Virus record (IMG/VR): IMGVR_UViG_3300047301_000253 | Span: 1-53,697 of that record | Strand: one strand, 5' to 3' | Length of the DNA stretch: 53,697 nt | Source of the DNA: a virus | Lineage: Duplodnaviria; Caudoviricetes | In this document: positions 27,792 to 36,594 of the stretch, in pieces | Numbering within the stretch: the stretch's first letter is position 1 | Layout: each line of letters starts with the position of its first letter | Translations under genes and position numbers: made by a program | Notes under the pieces: model-generated | The model's input: the letters and a program-made list of their open reading frames with translations, nothing else | Database searches by the model: none | What the model was told of the DNA's origin: nothing

Positions 27792-27812
27792 ATAGCAAGA
27801 CACGCATCTGTC

Positions 27813-28547
27813 CTAAAAGGAATCTGAGCCCAACAGCTCAGACTTTAAAATTTTGTCAATCTCATCTTTATCTAGATAGGATATTCTGACCAACTTGATT
27901 CCGGAATTCTTGCAGAATTCATTTTTGATTTCATCGCGTTTTTTGGCATTAAGATATGCGTCATCTCCGCCCCAGCAAGATACTGATTGAAAATGTTGCT
28001 CTCCATCATACTCAATGCAGGTATTGCGCTGATCCAGGAAAAAATCAAAGCGAAGCCGTCTTAAGTGTAGGCACTCTCTAAACTGCTTTTGTCGCACACA
28101 ATGGATTTTGTTTGTCTCTAGCCATTTGTAAATCGCCTCTTCTCCCTTGCTTGCCTTGATGCAAGCAGGGCACCCTGTACCAGAGAGAATGTTGTGTGCG
28201 GTTGCCCTCCAATGATGGCCGCAGTCCGCGCAGGCATGTAAGATTTTTTCATGCACTCCTGCATAAGGCTCAAGAGCAGATATTTTTCCAGATGATACTT
28301 TTTCAAGCCTCTCTAGGTACAAGCTATTGCTTTTCTTTGGGCGGTTCTCTATGTCGCATTTATGACAGCCATGCCCCCGCATGTGGTCGCTGGGAATTTG
28401 TTGAAAGTCACCATGTCTGCAGCAAACGACATTGACTCGAACTTTATTTCCCTGGTAGTCGACTTGACTATAGTCATATCTATCGTTTGGATGTGCAGAT
28501 TTTGCCTTCTCAATAAATTCTTCTGTGGTCAGTCGTTTGGTCATCAC
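27813..28547 (-). CDS. Free-standing homing-endonuclease-like protein (zinc-ribbon repeats plus Vsr/PD-(D/E)XK domain)
   Basis: RLTTEEFIEKA, YDYSQVDY, C..HG.F, GCHKC, CADCGH, GCPAC, SKGE, LRFDFFL, CIEYDGEQH. Confidence 0.85.
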   Translation of the reverse strand: MMTKRLTTEEFIEKAKSAHPNDRYDYSQVDYQGNKVRVNVVCCRHGDFQQIPSDHMRGHGCHKCDIENRPKKSNSLYLERLEKVSSGKISALEPYAGVHEKILHACADCGHHWRATAHNILSGTGCPACIKASKGEEAIYKWLETNKIHCVRQKQFRECLHLRRLRFDFFLDQRNTCIEYDGEQHFQSVSCWGGDDAYLNAKKRDEIKNEFCKNSGIKLVRISYLDKDEIDKILKSELLGSDSF

Positions 28548-28572
28548 GATTGATTACAGCAGGAACAAAAGT

Positions 28573-28599
28573 AAAAAAGAGGGCCAAAACCCTCTTTTT
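28573..28599. terminator. Bidirectional intrinsic terminator
   Basis: AAAAAGAGGG-CCAAAA-CCCTCTTTTT perfect 10-bp inverted repeat. Confidence 0.75.
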
Positions 28600-28620
28600 C
28601 CCATTCTTTAAAATGTGCTT

Positions 28621-29157
28621 TCAGCCAACGGCTGCATCAATTATGAAACCGTTCGAATCGCAGGTCAAAAGTAACCGATCAGCCCGCTGATCAGTTGGGC
28701 TACTTGAACCAGGAGGAAGAACTCGAAAATCCGCCAGTTTTCCAGCAGTCTTCATATTGTGGAGACGGACCTGAACAGAAGTCAGATTTTGGCCCTCAAT
28801 TTCACGAGCCACTTGCTCAAGACGAGCGGGATCGACCTTGAGTGGCCCACGAGAAGCACTGTTGGCGCGCTGTTCTTGCAGCTTTTGCCACTTAGCAAGA
28901 TTGTCGGGAGTTACTTCCGTTCCAGTTGAAGGAGGGGCGTCATTTGACAGTACGCGGGCACGGCCGTCATGAATGTTGACGGTCTGGGGAGCCGTATTGA
29001 CCGCCTCTAGAGCGTCTAGCCGCTGACCATATGCTTCGATCATAGCCAGTGCAAGATTAAGCTGTTCAACCAGCTCCTGTTGGCTTGGGACGAACGTAGC
29101 CGATACTGTTTGGCCAGTTGTAGCCGTCTGAACATCCGTCTTTGATTCTTTACTCAT
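28621..29157 (-). CDS. Protein with C-terminal peptidase inhibitor I78/potato inhibitor I-like domain
   Basis: FRVLPPGSSSPTDQRADRLLLTCDSNGFIIDAAVG resembles RV..PG...TMDYRPDRLN...D..G.I....G. Confidence 0.7.
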   Translation of the reverse strand: MSKESKTDVQTATTGQTVSATFVPSQQELVEQLNLALAMIEAYGQRLDALEAVNTAPQTVNIHDGRARVLSNDAPPSTGTEVTPDNLAKWQKLQEQRANSASRGPLKVDPARLEQVAREIEGQNLTSVQVRLHNMKTAGKLADFRVLPPGSSSPTDQRADRLLLTCDSNGFIIDAAVG

Positions 29158-30217
29158 TGTCTTCTCCGTTGTTTGCTCTTAGCAAATTACTGCATCTACG
29201 ATAAACATCTGTTACAATTTTCATTGCTGCTTCAAAATCTTCTATTCTTGTTGAAGCGTCCCAACTAATTCTGATTGTGCGACCAGCTATATCTTCTCCA
29301 AGCAATGCTGCTGCCACATCTGATCGGCGAGTTGAGTTACTGCTGCATGCTGCACCTCTTGCGGTCAAGACACCTGCGTCAGCCAGTGCTCCAACAAGTA
29401 TCTCTCCAGGTAGGTTTGTTGCCCAATTGCTTACTCCTAATCCAGATCCATTTTTTTGCCAGCCGAGCTCTGCAGCGGTACGGTCTAATAGCTGGTGCTT
29501 TGCTGAGTCGAGTGAGAGAGCTTGCTGGCCACGTTCTGAAGATAGCCATCGAAGGCTACCTGCCGAAGCAAAAATATTCACCAAGGACGGCGTACCTTTT
29601 CCCCAGCCAGTCCAGCGGTCTCCATCTGCAACAATCTTGCCTGCTCTAGCAAGAAGAAATCCGCATCCTGGCAGGGCGCCCCATTTCGCAGGCGAAGCGA
29701 ATACAAAGTCGGCAGACTGTACCAATGGAGAAAGAAAGTCAGCGGGGCTGGCTCCAGTCGCATCTACGGCGACCCACATTGATGTTGGCCGAGCGGTTAG
29801 AAAGTCAACGTCAGCATTGCTCGGTGCAAAGCCAAATTCATTATTTTTTAGACTCACTACAACTAGTGCATCTTTTTGAATGTGATGACCGGAGAAGCTG
29901 CCTAATTGCAGTGGCAGCTCTACCCCCGCGAGTCTGCGACTGCACAGGTGCTCTGCGTTTGAGCAGTAAAGAATTTTGTTTGCATGTTCGGCTAGCCATT
30001 CTACCGCAGCGGATGCGGAAGCAAACCAGCTTATTTCTGAACCAAGAAAGCCGAATTGACTGGCTATAAATTCATTGTCTGAATCAATGCACGCACCAAC
30101 TTCACTTTGATATTCGTTTGGTCTAACTTGGCGTAGCGCTCGATAAATTTCTAGTTCTATTTGAGGGTACGGCGATCCAGCCGCTGCGCGGTCTAGATTA
30201 ATCATTGCAGTGACCAA
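29150..30217 (-). CDS. Divergent cysteine desulfurase (IscS/NifS-like, aminotransferase class V)
   Basis: NLDRAA, EH, NNEFG, VDAT, SPAKWG (PLP Lys), GT, GAACSS (catalytic Cys), IRISW. Confidence 0.8.
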   Translation of the reverse strand: MVTAMINLDRAAAGSPYPQIELEIYRALRQVRPNEYQSEVGACIDSDNEFIASQFGFLGSEISWFASASAAVEWLAEHANKILYCSNAEHLCSRRLAGVELPLQLGSFSGHHIQKDALVVVSLKNNEFGFAPSNADVDFLTARPTSMWVAVDATGASPADFLSPLVQSADFVFASPAKWGALPGCGFLLARAGKIVADGDRWTGWGKGTPSLVNIFASAGSLRWLSSERGQQALSLDSAKHQLLDRTAAELGWQKNGSGLGVSNWATNLPGEILVGALADAGVLTARGAACSSNSTRRSDVAAALLGEDIAGRTIRISWDASTRIEDFEAAMKIVTDVYRRCSNLLRANNGEDNE

Positions 30218-30680
30218 CAGGCTCTATATCCAGTACTCGAACGTTTCCGCCATAATACCCATTGTGACTGTTTCGAACCTGAACGTCAATCATCCCGCCG
30301 GTTGTCCAAATAGTCCAGAAACCCTGGTCTTCAAAGTCCCCATCGTCACCCAGCTCGCCTTCGTTAATCGCATTCCATCCTTTTTCCTCAGTCGAAATAA
30401 CAGTACCAACAGTATCCATGCCATCAATCGACTCAAACCAAACACTGTTGCAGCAGTCACCAACCGCCTCAAACCTAGCGACGAGATGGCTTGAGTTGTA
30501 GCCAAGTTGGAGCAACTCAGTTCGCTCAAACTCAACAGTTAGAATTGTTTTTGTTGAGTCCAAACACATTGAAACGATTTTTCCACCATCCAAACACGAG
30601 AAGCAGCTAGATTCCTCATATTCAGCGTTGCTACTGCGCGTATTAAGAAGCAATTTGATGGGATATAGTGGTATTCTCAT
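30198..30680 (-). CDS. Phage-type hypothetical protein
   Basis: GDCCNSVWF and RNSHNGYYGG motifs. Confidence 0.65.
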   Translation of the reverse strand: MRIPLYPIKLLLNTRSSNAEYEESSCFSCLDGGKIVSMCLDSTKTILTVEFERTELLQLGYNSSHLVARFEAVGDCCNSVWFESIDGMDTVGTVISTEEKGWNAINEGELGDDGDFEDQGFWTIWTTGGMIDVQVRNSHNGYYGGNVRVLDIEPVGHCND

Positions 30681-31105
30681 TTTTTCTCTTTTGTTCCACT
30701 GAATAAAGTGTTGAAACGGACACCGATTTCGATTGGTTTCTTTATACTGAATCCATAATTAGGTTCCAAGAACCACCGCTCTTGTTTCTTCAAGAGATCA
30801 ATGTATCCTCCACCTGTAGTGAACATGTTTGTCTCAGGGACTAGGTCAAAATAAATATTAAAGAATGGCTTGGAGTTCCACTGGGTTGAGATATGCATGT
30901 ATGGAATGGCAGGCTTTATAGTTTTATTCAAATAACCTTTGTACTGATGGCAAATCAAATCAAGATTGGGAATTGCGAGAAAAAGCTCAGACAAACTAAT
31001 ACGATTGCCGAGTTCATTCTTGTGAGTAAGCAGTCTCTGTTTGAATGCAGAAGGAAATCGTCCTTCATTCAGGTCAAACATTATTCCGTAGTCGTCAAGC
31101 TGCAT
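30677..31105 (-). CDS. Hypothetical protein (MQLDDY start)
   Basis: ORF in the operon; second Met taken as the start. Confidence 0.55.
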   Translation of the reverse strand: MQLDDYGIMFDLNEGRFPSAFKQRLLTHKNELGNRISLSELFLAIPNLDLICHQYKGYLNKTIKPAIPYMHISTQWNSKPFFNIYFDLVPETNMFTTGGGYIDLLKKQERWFLEPNYGFSIKKPIEIGVRFNTLFSGTKEKK

Positions 31106-31614
31106 ATTTCTTTCCATACTTCTTCGGACGACATAGTGGCAAGATTATAGACAGGAATAGTCTCTCGTCGGGCAAGATTGATGGCAGTCGCTGTTCCACC
31201 TATAGTCTTACCATCTTTTGTCCAGCAAATGAGCGCGATGCTTGGCGTCTTAAGGTCTGCGCCTAAGACCTGATAGACATTGCGACTATGAAGTAATTTT
31301 GCTCCGCGACTACATGCCTTCCAATTCGGATGGATTTCAGAAGCGATTTGCATTGCTACGCTGTCATCGGCAAAGACAAAAGTTTTTCCGCGGTACGGAG
31401 TATCGCAACCAAAGTCTGGCCATGGCAAATAGATCTCAAATTGATCATTGAAGCCAATCTCAAATGCTTGGTCGGCACCGCCAGCGTGACCGGAGCGGCC
31501 AGTGAATCCAGCCGCTGCCAGAGATGCTCCAAGCGCCTTCATATCTGCAAGAATGTCTTGAGGGGTGCTGCGACTGCCAATTGTCGTCAGAAAAGAATTG
31601 ATTGAATTAGCCAT
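31081..31614 (-). CDS. DprA-like/SLOG-superfamily protein
   Basis: IGSRSTP, RSGHAGGADQAFE, SRNVYQVLG, ICWT, GGTATAI. Confidence 0.8.
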   Translation of the reverse strand: MANSINSFLTTIGSRSTPQDILADMKALGASLAAAGFTGRSGHAGGADQAFEIGFNDQFEIYLPWPDFGCDTPYRGKTFVFADDSVAMQIASEIHPNWKACSRGAKLLHSRNVYQVLGADLKTPSIALICWTKDGKTIGGTATAINLARRETIPVYNLATMSSEEVWKEICSLTTTE

Positions 31615-31762
31615 AAAGCCCGCCAGATTTGCGACGCCAGCGTTCTGGGAGAGGTAGTAAGTCCCATACAACTATCGAAGTAAATATAAGAAGAATGATG
31701 GGTAGCATTATTAATCCCCCGAGAAATTGGAGGATGCCGCTTATAAGGTTTTTGATATTCAT
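31607..31762 (-). CDS. Small single-pass membrane protein (51 aa, below the ORF-track cutoff)
   Basis: Hand translation: MNIKNLISGILQFLGGLIMLPIILLIFTSIVVWDLLPLPERWRRKSGGLYG. It overlaps the guaB stop by ATGA and overlaps the next start. Confidence 0.65.
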   Translation of the reverse strand: MNIKNLISGILQFLGGLIMLPIILLIFTSIVVWDLLPLPERWRRKSGGLYG

Positions 31763-32907
31763 TTTGAATGGATGTGCGGGTGTGCTTCGCGTTGGCCAGC
31801 AGTTGTTTGTACAATGTACCTAGATACATCAACTAATTCTTCGACGGTTCTGGCGCCTGAATAAGAAAGACCACTCTTGATGTGCCCCTGAATTTCGCTG
31901 ATTAGATCATGCGTACTGCCTTTGTACTTGACTTCTGTAGCCAATCCTTCTGATGAGGCTGGCTTTTTATTGCGCCAAGCGGCCTGAGCGGAACGACTAG
32001 CCATTCCGCGGAATGACTTAAATGCCTTACTATCTAGCCAGGCATTTAGTTTGGCGGGTCGCCAGCCCTCAGGAAGCGCAGCGACTAGTCGCGCACCCCA
32101 TTCTTTATAGGTTTTTTCTCCAGGTGTGCTGGTTGTTCCCGACAGCATTCCACCGCACATTACCGCGTCTGCTCCAAATGCGAGAGCCTTAACGATATCA
32201 CCAGAGGTTTTAATTCCACCATCAAGCACAATTGACGCCCCGCCATTTGCTTCTCGCTCTGCTGCAATGGCAAGAATAACGCCAATGTTTGGAGCACCAT
32301 GGCCAGTGTTGATTCGCGTAGTGCAGACACTTCCGCCACCCACACCCACCCTAATTGAGTCGGCTCCCCAATCAGAAAGCCGACGGTAGGCTTCTGACGT
32401 CGCGATATTTCCCGCCATGATATGGGTTTTGTCTCTATCAGGATGCCCAGCTAGTGCCTCAAGTGCTTCCTTTACGACCAAGTGGTCGCCATGCGCAACG
32501 TCTATGCAAATAACTTTGGCGCCAGCAGCGACCAATTCAGTGAACCGTTCATAGTAATCGCCGGTTGCACCAATTGCTGCGCCAACAACTGCTCCGTCAA
32601 TCGGGCCGATTGACGTAACCGCATCCGCAACCATCTGTGCCTGCCGGTCAATCTCCATGTAACGATGGATTATGCCAAAGCCACCTCTGACCGCCATAGT
32701 AAATGCCATTGCACTTTCAGTTACGGTATCCATTGGTGCAGCAATGATGGGCAGCTGCAATTTGATCTCGCTAATCCCCCTCCCAATTGATGAGGCAATC
32801 GATACGTCGTCACGAGATTTGATGTTGGAATACTGCGGCATCAGGAGGACGTCGTCGAAAGTTAAGAATGTGTCGCTGTTGGCGTGGAGGGTTTCGTTGT
32901 TGCTCAT
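31759..32907 (-). CDS. IMP dehydrogenase/GMP reductase family enzyme, no CBS domains
   Basis: LTFDDVLL, APMDTVTE, IDVAHG, GVGGGSVCTTR, DGGIKTSGDIVKA, FRGMAS, SGLSYSGA. Confidence 0.93.
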   Translation of the reverse strand: MSNNETLHANSDTFLTFDDVLLMPQYSNIKSRDDVSIASSIGRGISEIKLQLPIIAAPMDTVTESAMAFTMAVRGGFGIIHRYMEIDRQAQMVADAVTSIGPIDGAVVGAAIGATGDYYERFTELVAAGAKVICIDVAHGDHLVVKEALEALAGHPDRDKTHIMAGNIATSEAYRRLSDWGADSIRVGVGGGSVCTTRINTGHGAPNIGVILAIAAEREANGGASIVLDGGIKTSGDIVKALAFGADAVMCGGMLSGTTSTPGEKTYKEWGARLVAALPEGWRPAKLNAWLDSKAFKSFRGMASRSAQAAWRNKKPASSEGLATEVKYKGSTHDLISEIQGHIKSGLSYSGARTVEELVDVSRYIVQTTAGQREAHPHIHSK

Positions 32908-32932
32908 TGTTCCTTTTTATTCAGATCTGCTC

Positions 32933-32960
32933 AAAAAGAAAGGCGCCCGAAGGCGCCCTT
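32933..32960 (-). terminator. Intrinsic terminator with UUCG tetraloop after groEL
   Basis: Minus strand GGCGCC-TTCG-GGCGCC-TTTCTTTTT. Confidence 0.85.
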
Positions 32961-32963
32961 ATC

Positions 32964-34691
32964 TTAGCCGCGCGTTGCGCCGCTCAAAGCCCGAAGTAGA
33001 TCTGGGTCTGGATCAAACCCAATCACAACGTCGGTGCTCAAAATAAGTCCCGCCATGCTGGTGGCGTGCTCGACCTCAGAGGTTACAACCCTAGCAGGAT
33101 CGATGATGCCGCGTTCAACCAAATCGCAAAACTCTTCAAGATTTGAGTCATAGCCGTAGTGGGGGTTTTTGTTGTCTTGAACACTGTGCAAGACTACTTC
33201 TGCCGAGATCTTTCCACCGCCATTCTTGATGATTTCCTGAAATGGAACAAGCATGGCCTTACGAAGGATATAGACGCCAACGTCCTGAGCTTCATTGCCG
33301 GTCGTGAATCCCTCAAGGCTCTGGGCGGCACGAACCAAGGCGGTACCGGCACCTGGAACAAGACCAGACAGCGCAGCAGCACGAGCCGCCAAGAGAGCGT
33401 CCTCGTATAGATCGCGAAGCTCGCGGACCTCTGCGTCTGACCGACCACCAACTACGATGCTAGCCACGCCACCTGTTAGCATCGACTTCCGGCGAGTCAG
33501 GATGTGACGATACTCATCATCGGTTGTTACCTTTAGCTTGCTGTCGATATCGGCAACCCGATCTTCAATCGCTTCGGCCTGATCGTCAGGTGGGATTAGG
33601 ATCGTTGACTCAATGCCAACCTGAACAAAGCGAACGGTTCCAAGGTCCTGCAGATTAAAGTCTCGGAAGAGATCTTCGCCAGCCTCAGGATGACGAACCG
33701 TTCCACCAGTGGCGGCCGCCATATCGTCAAGAAGGTCTCGGCGATCCTGACCAAAGCCTGGGGCCTTGACAACAACAACCTTAAGGTTTCCAGCCATAGC
33801 GTTTTGGGCCAACAGCTTTAGACAATCGCCCTCGACAGCCTCCGCAACAATAACGAGAGGAACATTAGTTTCGTGAATGCGCTCAAGAATCCCCATGATT
33901 GACTGCTTGATGTCTTCATTGACCAAGCTGTTAAGCCGACCATTGAACAGCCAAACATACGCGGACCGGGGGTCCGCAGTCTCGCCCTCTGCAACGGGAA
34001 GGAAGCGAGGGTCAACAGCACCCAGTACAGAGTCATAGATTGGATCGGCAAACACAGTGCGCTGCTTTTCTTGATCCTTCATAAAGTGTTCGGTAATCAT
34101 GCCGCGGTCGAACTGAAAGCCACGAGTAAGATTGACCTTTGTTTCGGTGCTCTTGCCCTCTTCAAGAGTAACGGTGCCATCCGCACCTACTTGCTCAAGA
34201 GTTGAGGCGATGATCTTGCCGATTGCAGCATCACCATTGGCAGAGATCGTAGCAACACGCAACAGGTCGTCGCTTCCTTTGACTGGAACAGCTTGTTCTT
34301 CAAGCCAACGAACAACTTGACGACTGGCAGCATCAAGACCACGACGGATACTCATTGGATCGGTACCCAGCCCAACGTGGCGCTTACCTTCCTGAACGAT
34401 TGCATTCAGGAGCGTGATCGTCGTAGTGGTTCCGTCGCCTGCAGCTTTAACGCTGCGATTGCCAGCTTCACGAGCAATCTGCGCACCCATGTTCTCTAGG
34501 TTGTCAGAAAACTCGATGTTCTTTGCGACGGTGATGCCGTCCTTTGTAAACTGATAGCCGGCGGGCGTCTGAATCAGTACATTCCGACCCTTGGGGCCCA
34601 AGGTTGACTTGACTGCATCTGCAGTCTTCTTAAGTCCGCTAACGATACGGTCTTGCGCGTCTTTTCCAAAAACAATTTCTCGTGACTTCAT
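32964..34691 (-). CDS. groEL: Divergent GroEL-like chaperonin
   Basis: TLGPKGRNV, TKDGITVAK, GDGTTT, KAPGFG, GIIDP; no GGM tail. Confidence 0.95.
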   Translation of the reverse strand: MKSREIVFGKDAQDRIVSGLKKTADAVKSTLGPKGRNVLIQTPAGYQFTKDGITVAKNIEFSDNLENMGAQIAREAGNRSVKAAGDGTTTTITLLNAIVQEGKRHVGLGTDPMSIRRGLDAASRQVVRWLEEQAVPVKGSDDLLRVATISANGDAAIGKIIASTLEQVGADGTVTLEEGKSTETKVNLTRGFQFDRGMITEHFMKDQEKQRTVFADPIYDSVLGAVDPRFLPVAEGETADPRSAYVWLFNGRLNSLVNEDIKQSIMGILERIHETNVPLVIVAEAVEGDCLKLLAQNAMAGNLKVVVVKAPGFGQDRRDLLDDMAAATGGTVRHPEAGEDLFRDFNLQDLGTVRFVQVGIESTILIPPDDQAEAIEDRVADIDSKLKVTTDDEYRHILTRRKSMLTGGVASIVVGGRSDAEVRELRDLYEDALLAARAAALSGLVPGAGTALVRAAQSLEGFTTGNEAQDVGVYILRKAMLVPFQEIIKNGGGKISAEVVLHSVQDNKNPHYGYDSNLEEFCDLVERGIIDPARVVTSEVEHATSMAGLILSTDVVIGFDPDPDLLRALSGATRG

Positions 34692-34706
34692 GTGCTTCCT
34701 TTTTTC

Positions 34707-35150
34707 TTAAATCTTGAGTTGTGCGGGGCCTGCGCTGGCACTGATACGGCGATAGCGCTCAATAAGCCTCCCCGCTAGATCTTCCATTACACCAAACTGA
34801 GCTTCGCCAATCAACTCTTTGACTGGGATCGATGAATCAAACCCAGCGTTTAGTCGAACAGTTCCATCAGCATGTCGGGAGACAAGAATTTCCAACTTTT
34901 GCATGCCGTGATTCCGCAAAGCGTATGCGTTCAGTGTGTTCATTGTCATCTTATCGAATTCAAACAAACCCCATTCTTGGTCATCGTTCAACCAAACAAG
35001 GGTTGCGTGAACCCAGCGACTCTGGGAGTCATCAAATTGAAGTGACTCAGTTACTGGAACTGATACAGGCTTAAATGGCAGGCGGATCGAAACTAAGCGG
35101 TCTGCAGAGATCTCGTCATTAATTTTACGCATCGTTGGCAGCGCCATCAC
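34707..35150 (-). CDS. Hypothetical protein
   Basis: 147-aa ORF in the operon. Confidence 0.6.
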   Translation of the reverse strand: MMALPTMRKINDEISADRLVSIRLPFKPVSVPVTESLQFDDSQSRWVHATLVWLNDDQEWGLFEFDKMTMNTLNAYALRNHGMQKLEILVSRHADGTVRLNAGFDSSIPVKELIGEAQFGVMEDLAGRLIERYRRISASAGPAQLKI

Positions 35151-35484
35151 TATTCAAGGCTTCGTTGACGTCACTGACCGCTTCGTCGTCAAGCTCATCA
35201 AGCGAAACAGCTTCATCCTCGTCTTCGTCGAAGATCAGGAATGAATCATCAATATCTGACACCATTGACTCAGTCGCGGTCTTTGCCACCGACAATGGTA
35301 CGCTTGCCTTCCTGCGATCAACTTCGGCCTGAACCCGTGCAGCCTGCACGAAAATATTTTGATTCTTCATGTAGAAATCGAAAAAAGAATGGAACGCGAC
35401 ACCCTGGGGCACACTTCGATTCTTTTGCATCTTCTTGTATTCAATCTTGGCGCGAGCTCGGCACATCTTACGGGTATCGTTCAT
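35125..35484 (-). CDS. Hypothetical protein, basic N-terminus and acidic tail
   Basis: 119-aa ORF, ATGA-coupled to def. Confidence 0.65.
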   Translation of the reverse strand: MNDTRKMCRARAKIEYKKMQKNRSVPQGVAFHSFFDFYMKNQNIFVQAARVQAEVDRRKASVPLSVAKTATESMVSDIDDSFLIFDEDEDEAVSLDELDDEAVSDVNEALNSDGAANDA

Positions 35485-35909
35485 ACTATTTTCTTTCTGT
35501 GCATGGTTTCTCCATGCAAATGGTCAAGTTCATGTTGAAAGACTACAGCGTGTAGTCCTTTTAGAATTTCATTGGGACCGCTGGCGTGAGCGATTTCAAT
35601 TTCCTCAAAACGTCGAGTTAAAACAATCTCACCAGGAAACGAAAGGCAGCCCTCAGGAGTGCAAAGAATCTCTCCCTTTGCGCCTAGAATCTCGGGATTC
35701 ACATACCATTTTGGCCCAGCGGTATTTGTGTAGAACACATTTAGGTTTGAGCCAATTTGATTCGCGGCCAACCCCAGCCCTTCGTTTTCTTCACAGATAT
35801 TTCTCAAGACATTTTTGAGCACGGTCAGCTCTTCAACATCTGTATCGAGAACATCACGACATGGGACAGATAGTCGGGCCATATCAGACATAATTAACTT
35901 ATACGGCAT
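35481..35909 (-). CDS. def: Peptide deformylase (short form)
   Basis: GLGLAANQIG, EGCLS, QHELDH. Confidence 0.93.
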   Translation of the reverse strand: MPYKLIMSDMARLSVPCRDVLDTDVEELTVLKNVLRNICEENEGLGLAANQIGSNLNVFYTNTAGPKWYVNPEILGAKGEILCTPEGCLSFPGEIVLTRRFEEIEIAHASGPNEILKGLHAVVFQHELDHLHGETMHRKKIV

Positions 35910-36594
35910 CTGCTGCCTCGATAAAATAATCGACTGGCTTTCCAGTCCAGATTGGATTGTCTACATAGAGGTGGTCGTGCATATTTGCACGATAATGCAC
36001 CCCGCCAAATCGACCAATGTGATGGGAGCGAGAAATCCTTGGTTGCAGGACTTTTAGCCCATCAGAAATCATATTGGTGAAACAAAAGTCCCAGCCGCGT
36101 TTGTCTGCGTACCAGTTTGGCTCAAAGTGAGTTTTCCACTGATGCTTTGTGATTCCCATCCCAAGTGCAGAAAATTTGTCGCCACCAAAGAGTGCGGCAG
36201 GATCGGCTGACAGCGAGGAGTCATGGTTATAGAGGTTGAGGCAAAGATAACGATCAGCATCAGGATGTGAAAAATACCAAGAAGCCATCTCTACGGTGTC
36301 GTCGGTAATTTGCAAATCGTCTTCTAGGTAAAGAACTCCATCAGCACCTGCGTCGAAAGTTCTCTTGAGAAGCTGATAGGGATTGTCTCGTACGCCCAAG
36401 ATCTTGGGATTGAGATGAACGTGCTTTGGCATAAACGCAACAGAGTTGCAGACATCAAGCACTTCTTTGCTCGCTGGCTCCACGCCAAAATAAAGTTTGT
36501 AGTCTGCCTTTGCTCTGGCGTTCGCCAGATTAACTAGCACATTTTCCAAATATTCAGGCCGTTTGAAAGCGGTCATTGTCATTGCAAGTTTCAT
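35899..36594 (-). CDS. GT-A glycosyltransferase
   Basis: TAFKRPEYL, YLEDDL, GWD, PRISRSHHIG..GGVH. Confidence 0.75.
   Translation of the reverse strand: MKLAMTMTAFKRPEYLENVLVNLANARAKADYKLYFGVEPASKEVLDVCNSVAFMPKHVHLNPKILGVRDNPYQLLKRTFDAGADGVLYLEDDLQITDDTVEMASWYFSHPDADRYLCLNLYNHDSSLSADPAALFGGDKFSALGMGITKHQWKTHFEPNWYADKRGWDFCFTNMISDGLKVLQPRISRSHHIGRFGGVHYRANMHDHLYVDNPIWTGKPVDYFIEAADAV

Noticed and set aside
29277-29879. 200-aa plus-strand ORF and the other plus-strand ORFs in the track
   Set aside because: They are antisense shadows of well-supported minus-strand genes and have no motifs. Only 46937-47305 occupies its own space.
29150-30217. DndA of a phosphorothioation system
   Set aside because: No dndBCDE or ssp genes occur in the window.
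31587-31832. 81-aa minus-strand ORF bridging guaB and the DprA-like gene
   Set aside because: It overlaps both neighbours heavily; the 51-aa frame at 31607-31762 fits the gap better.
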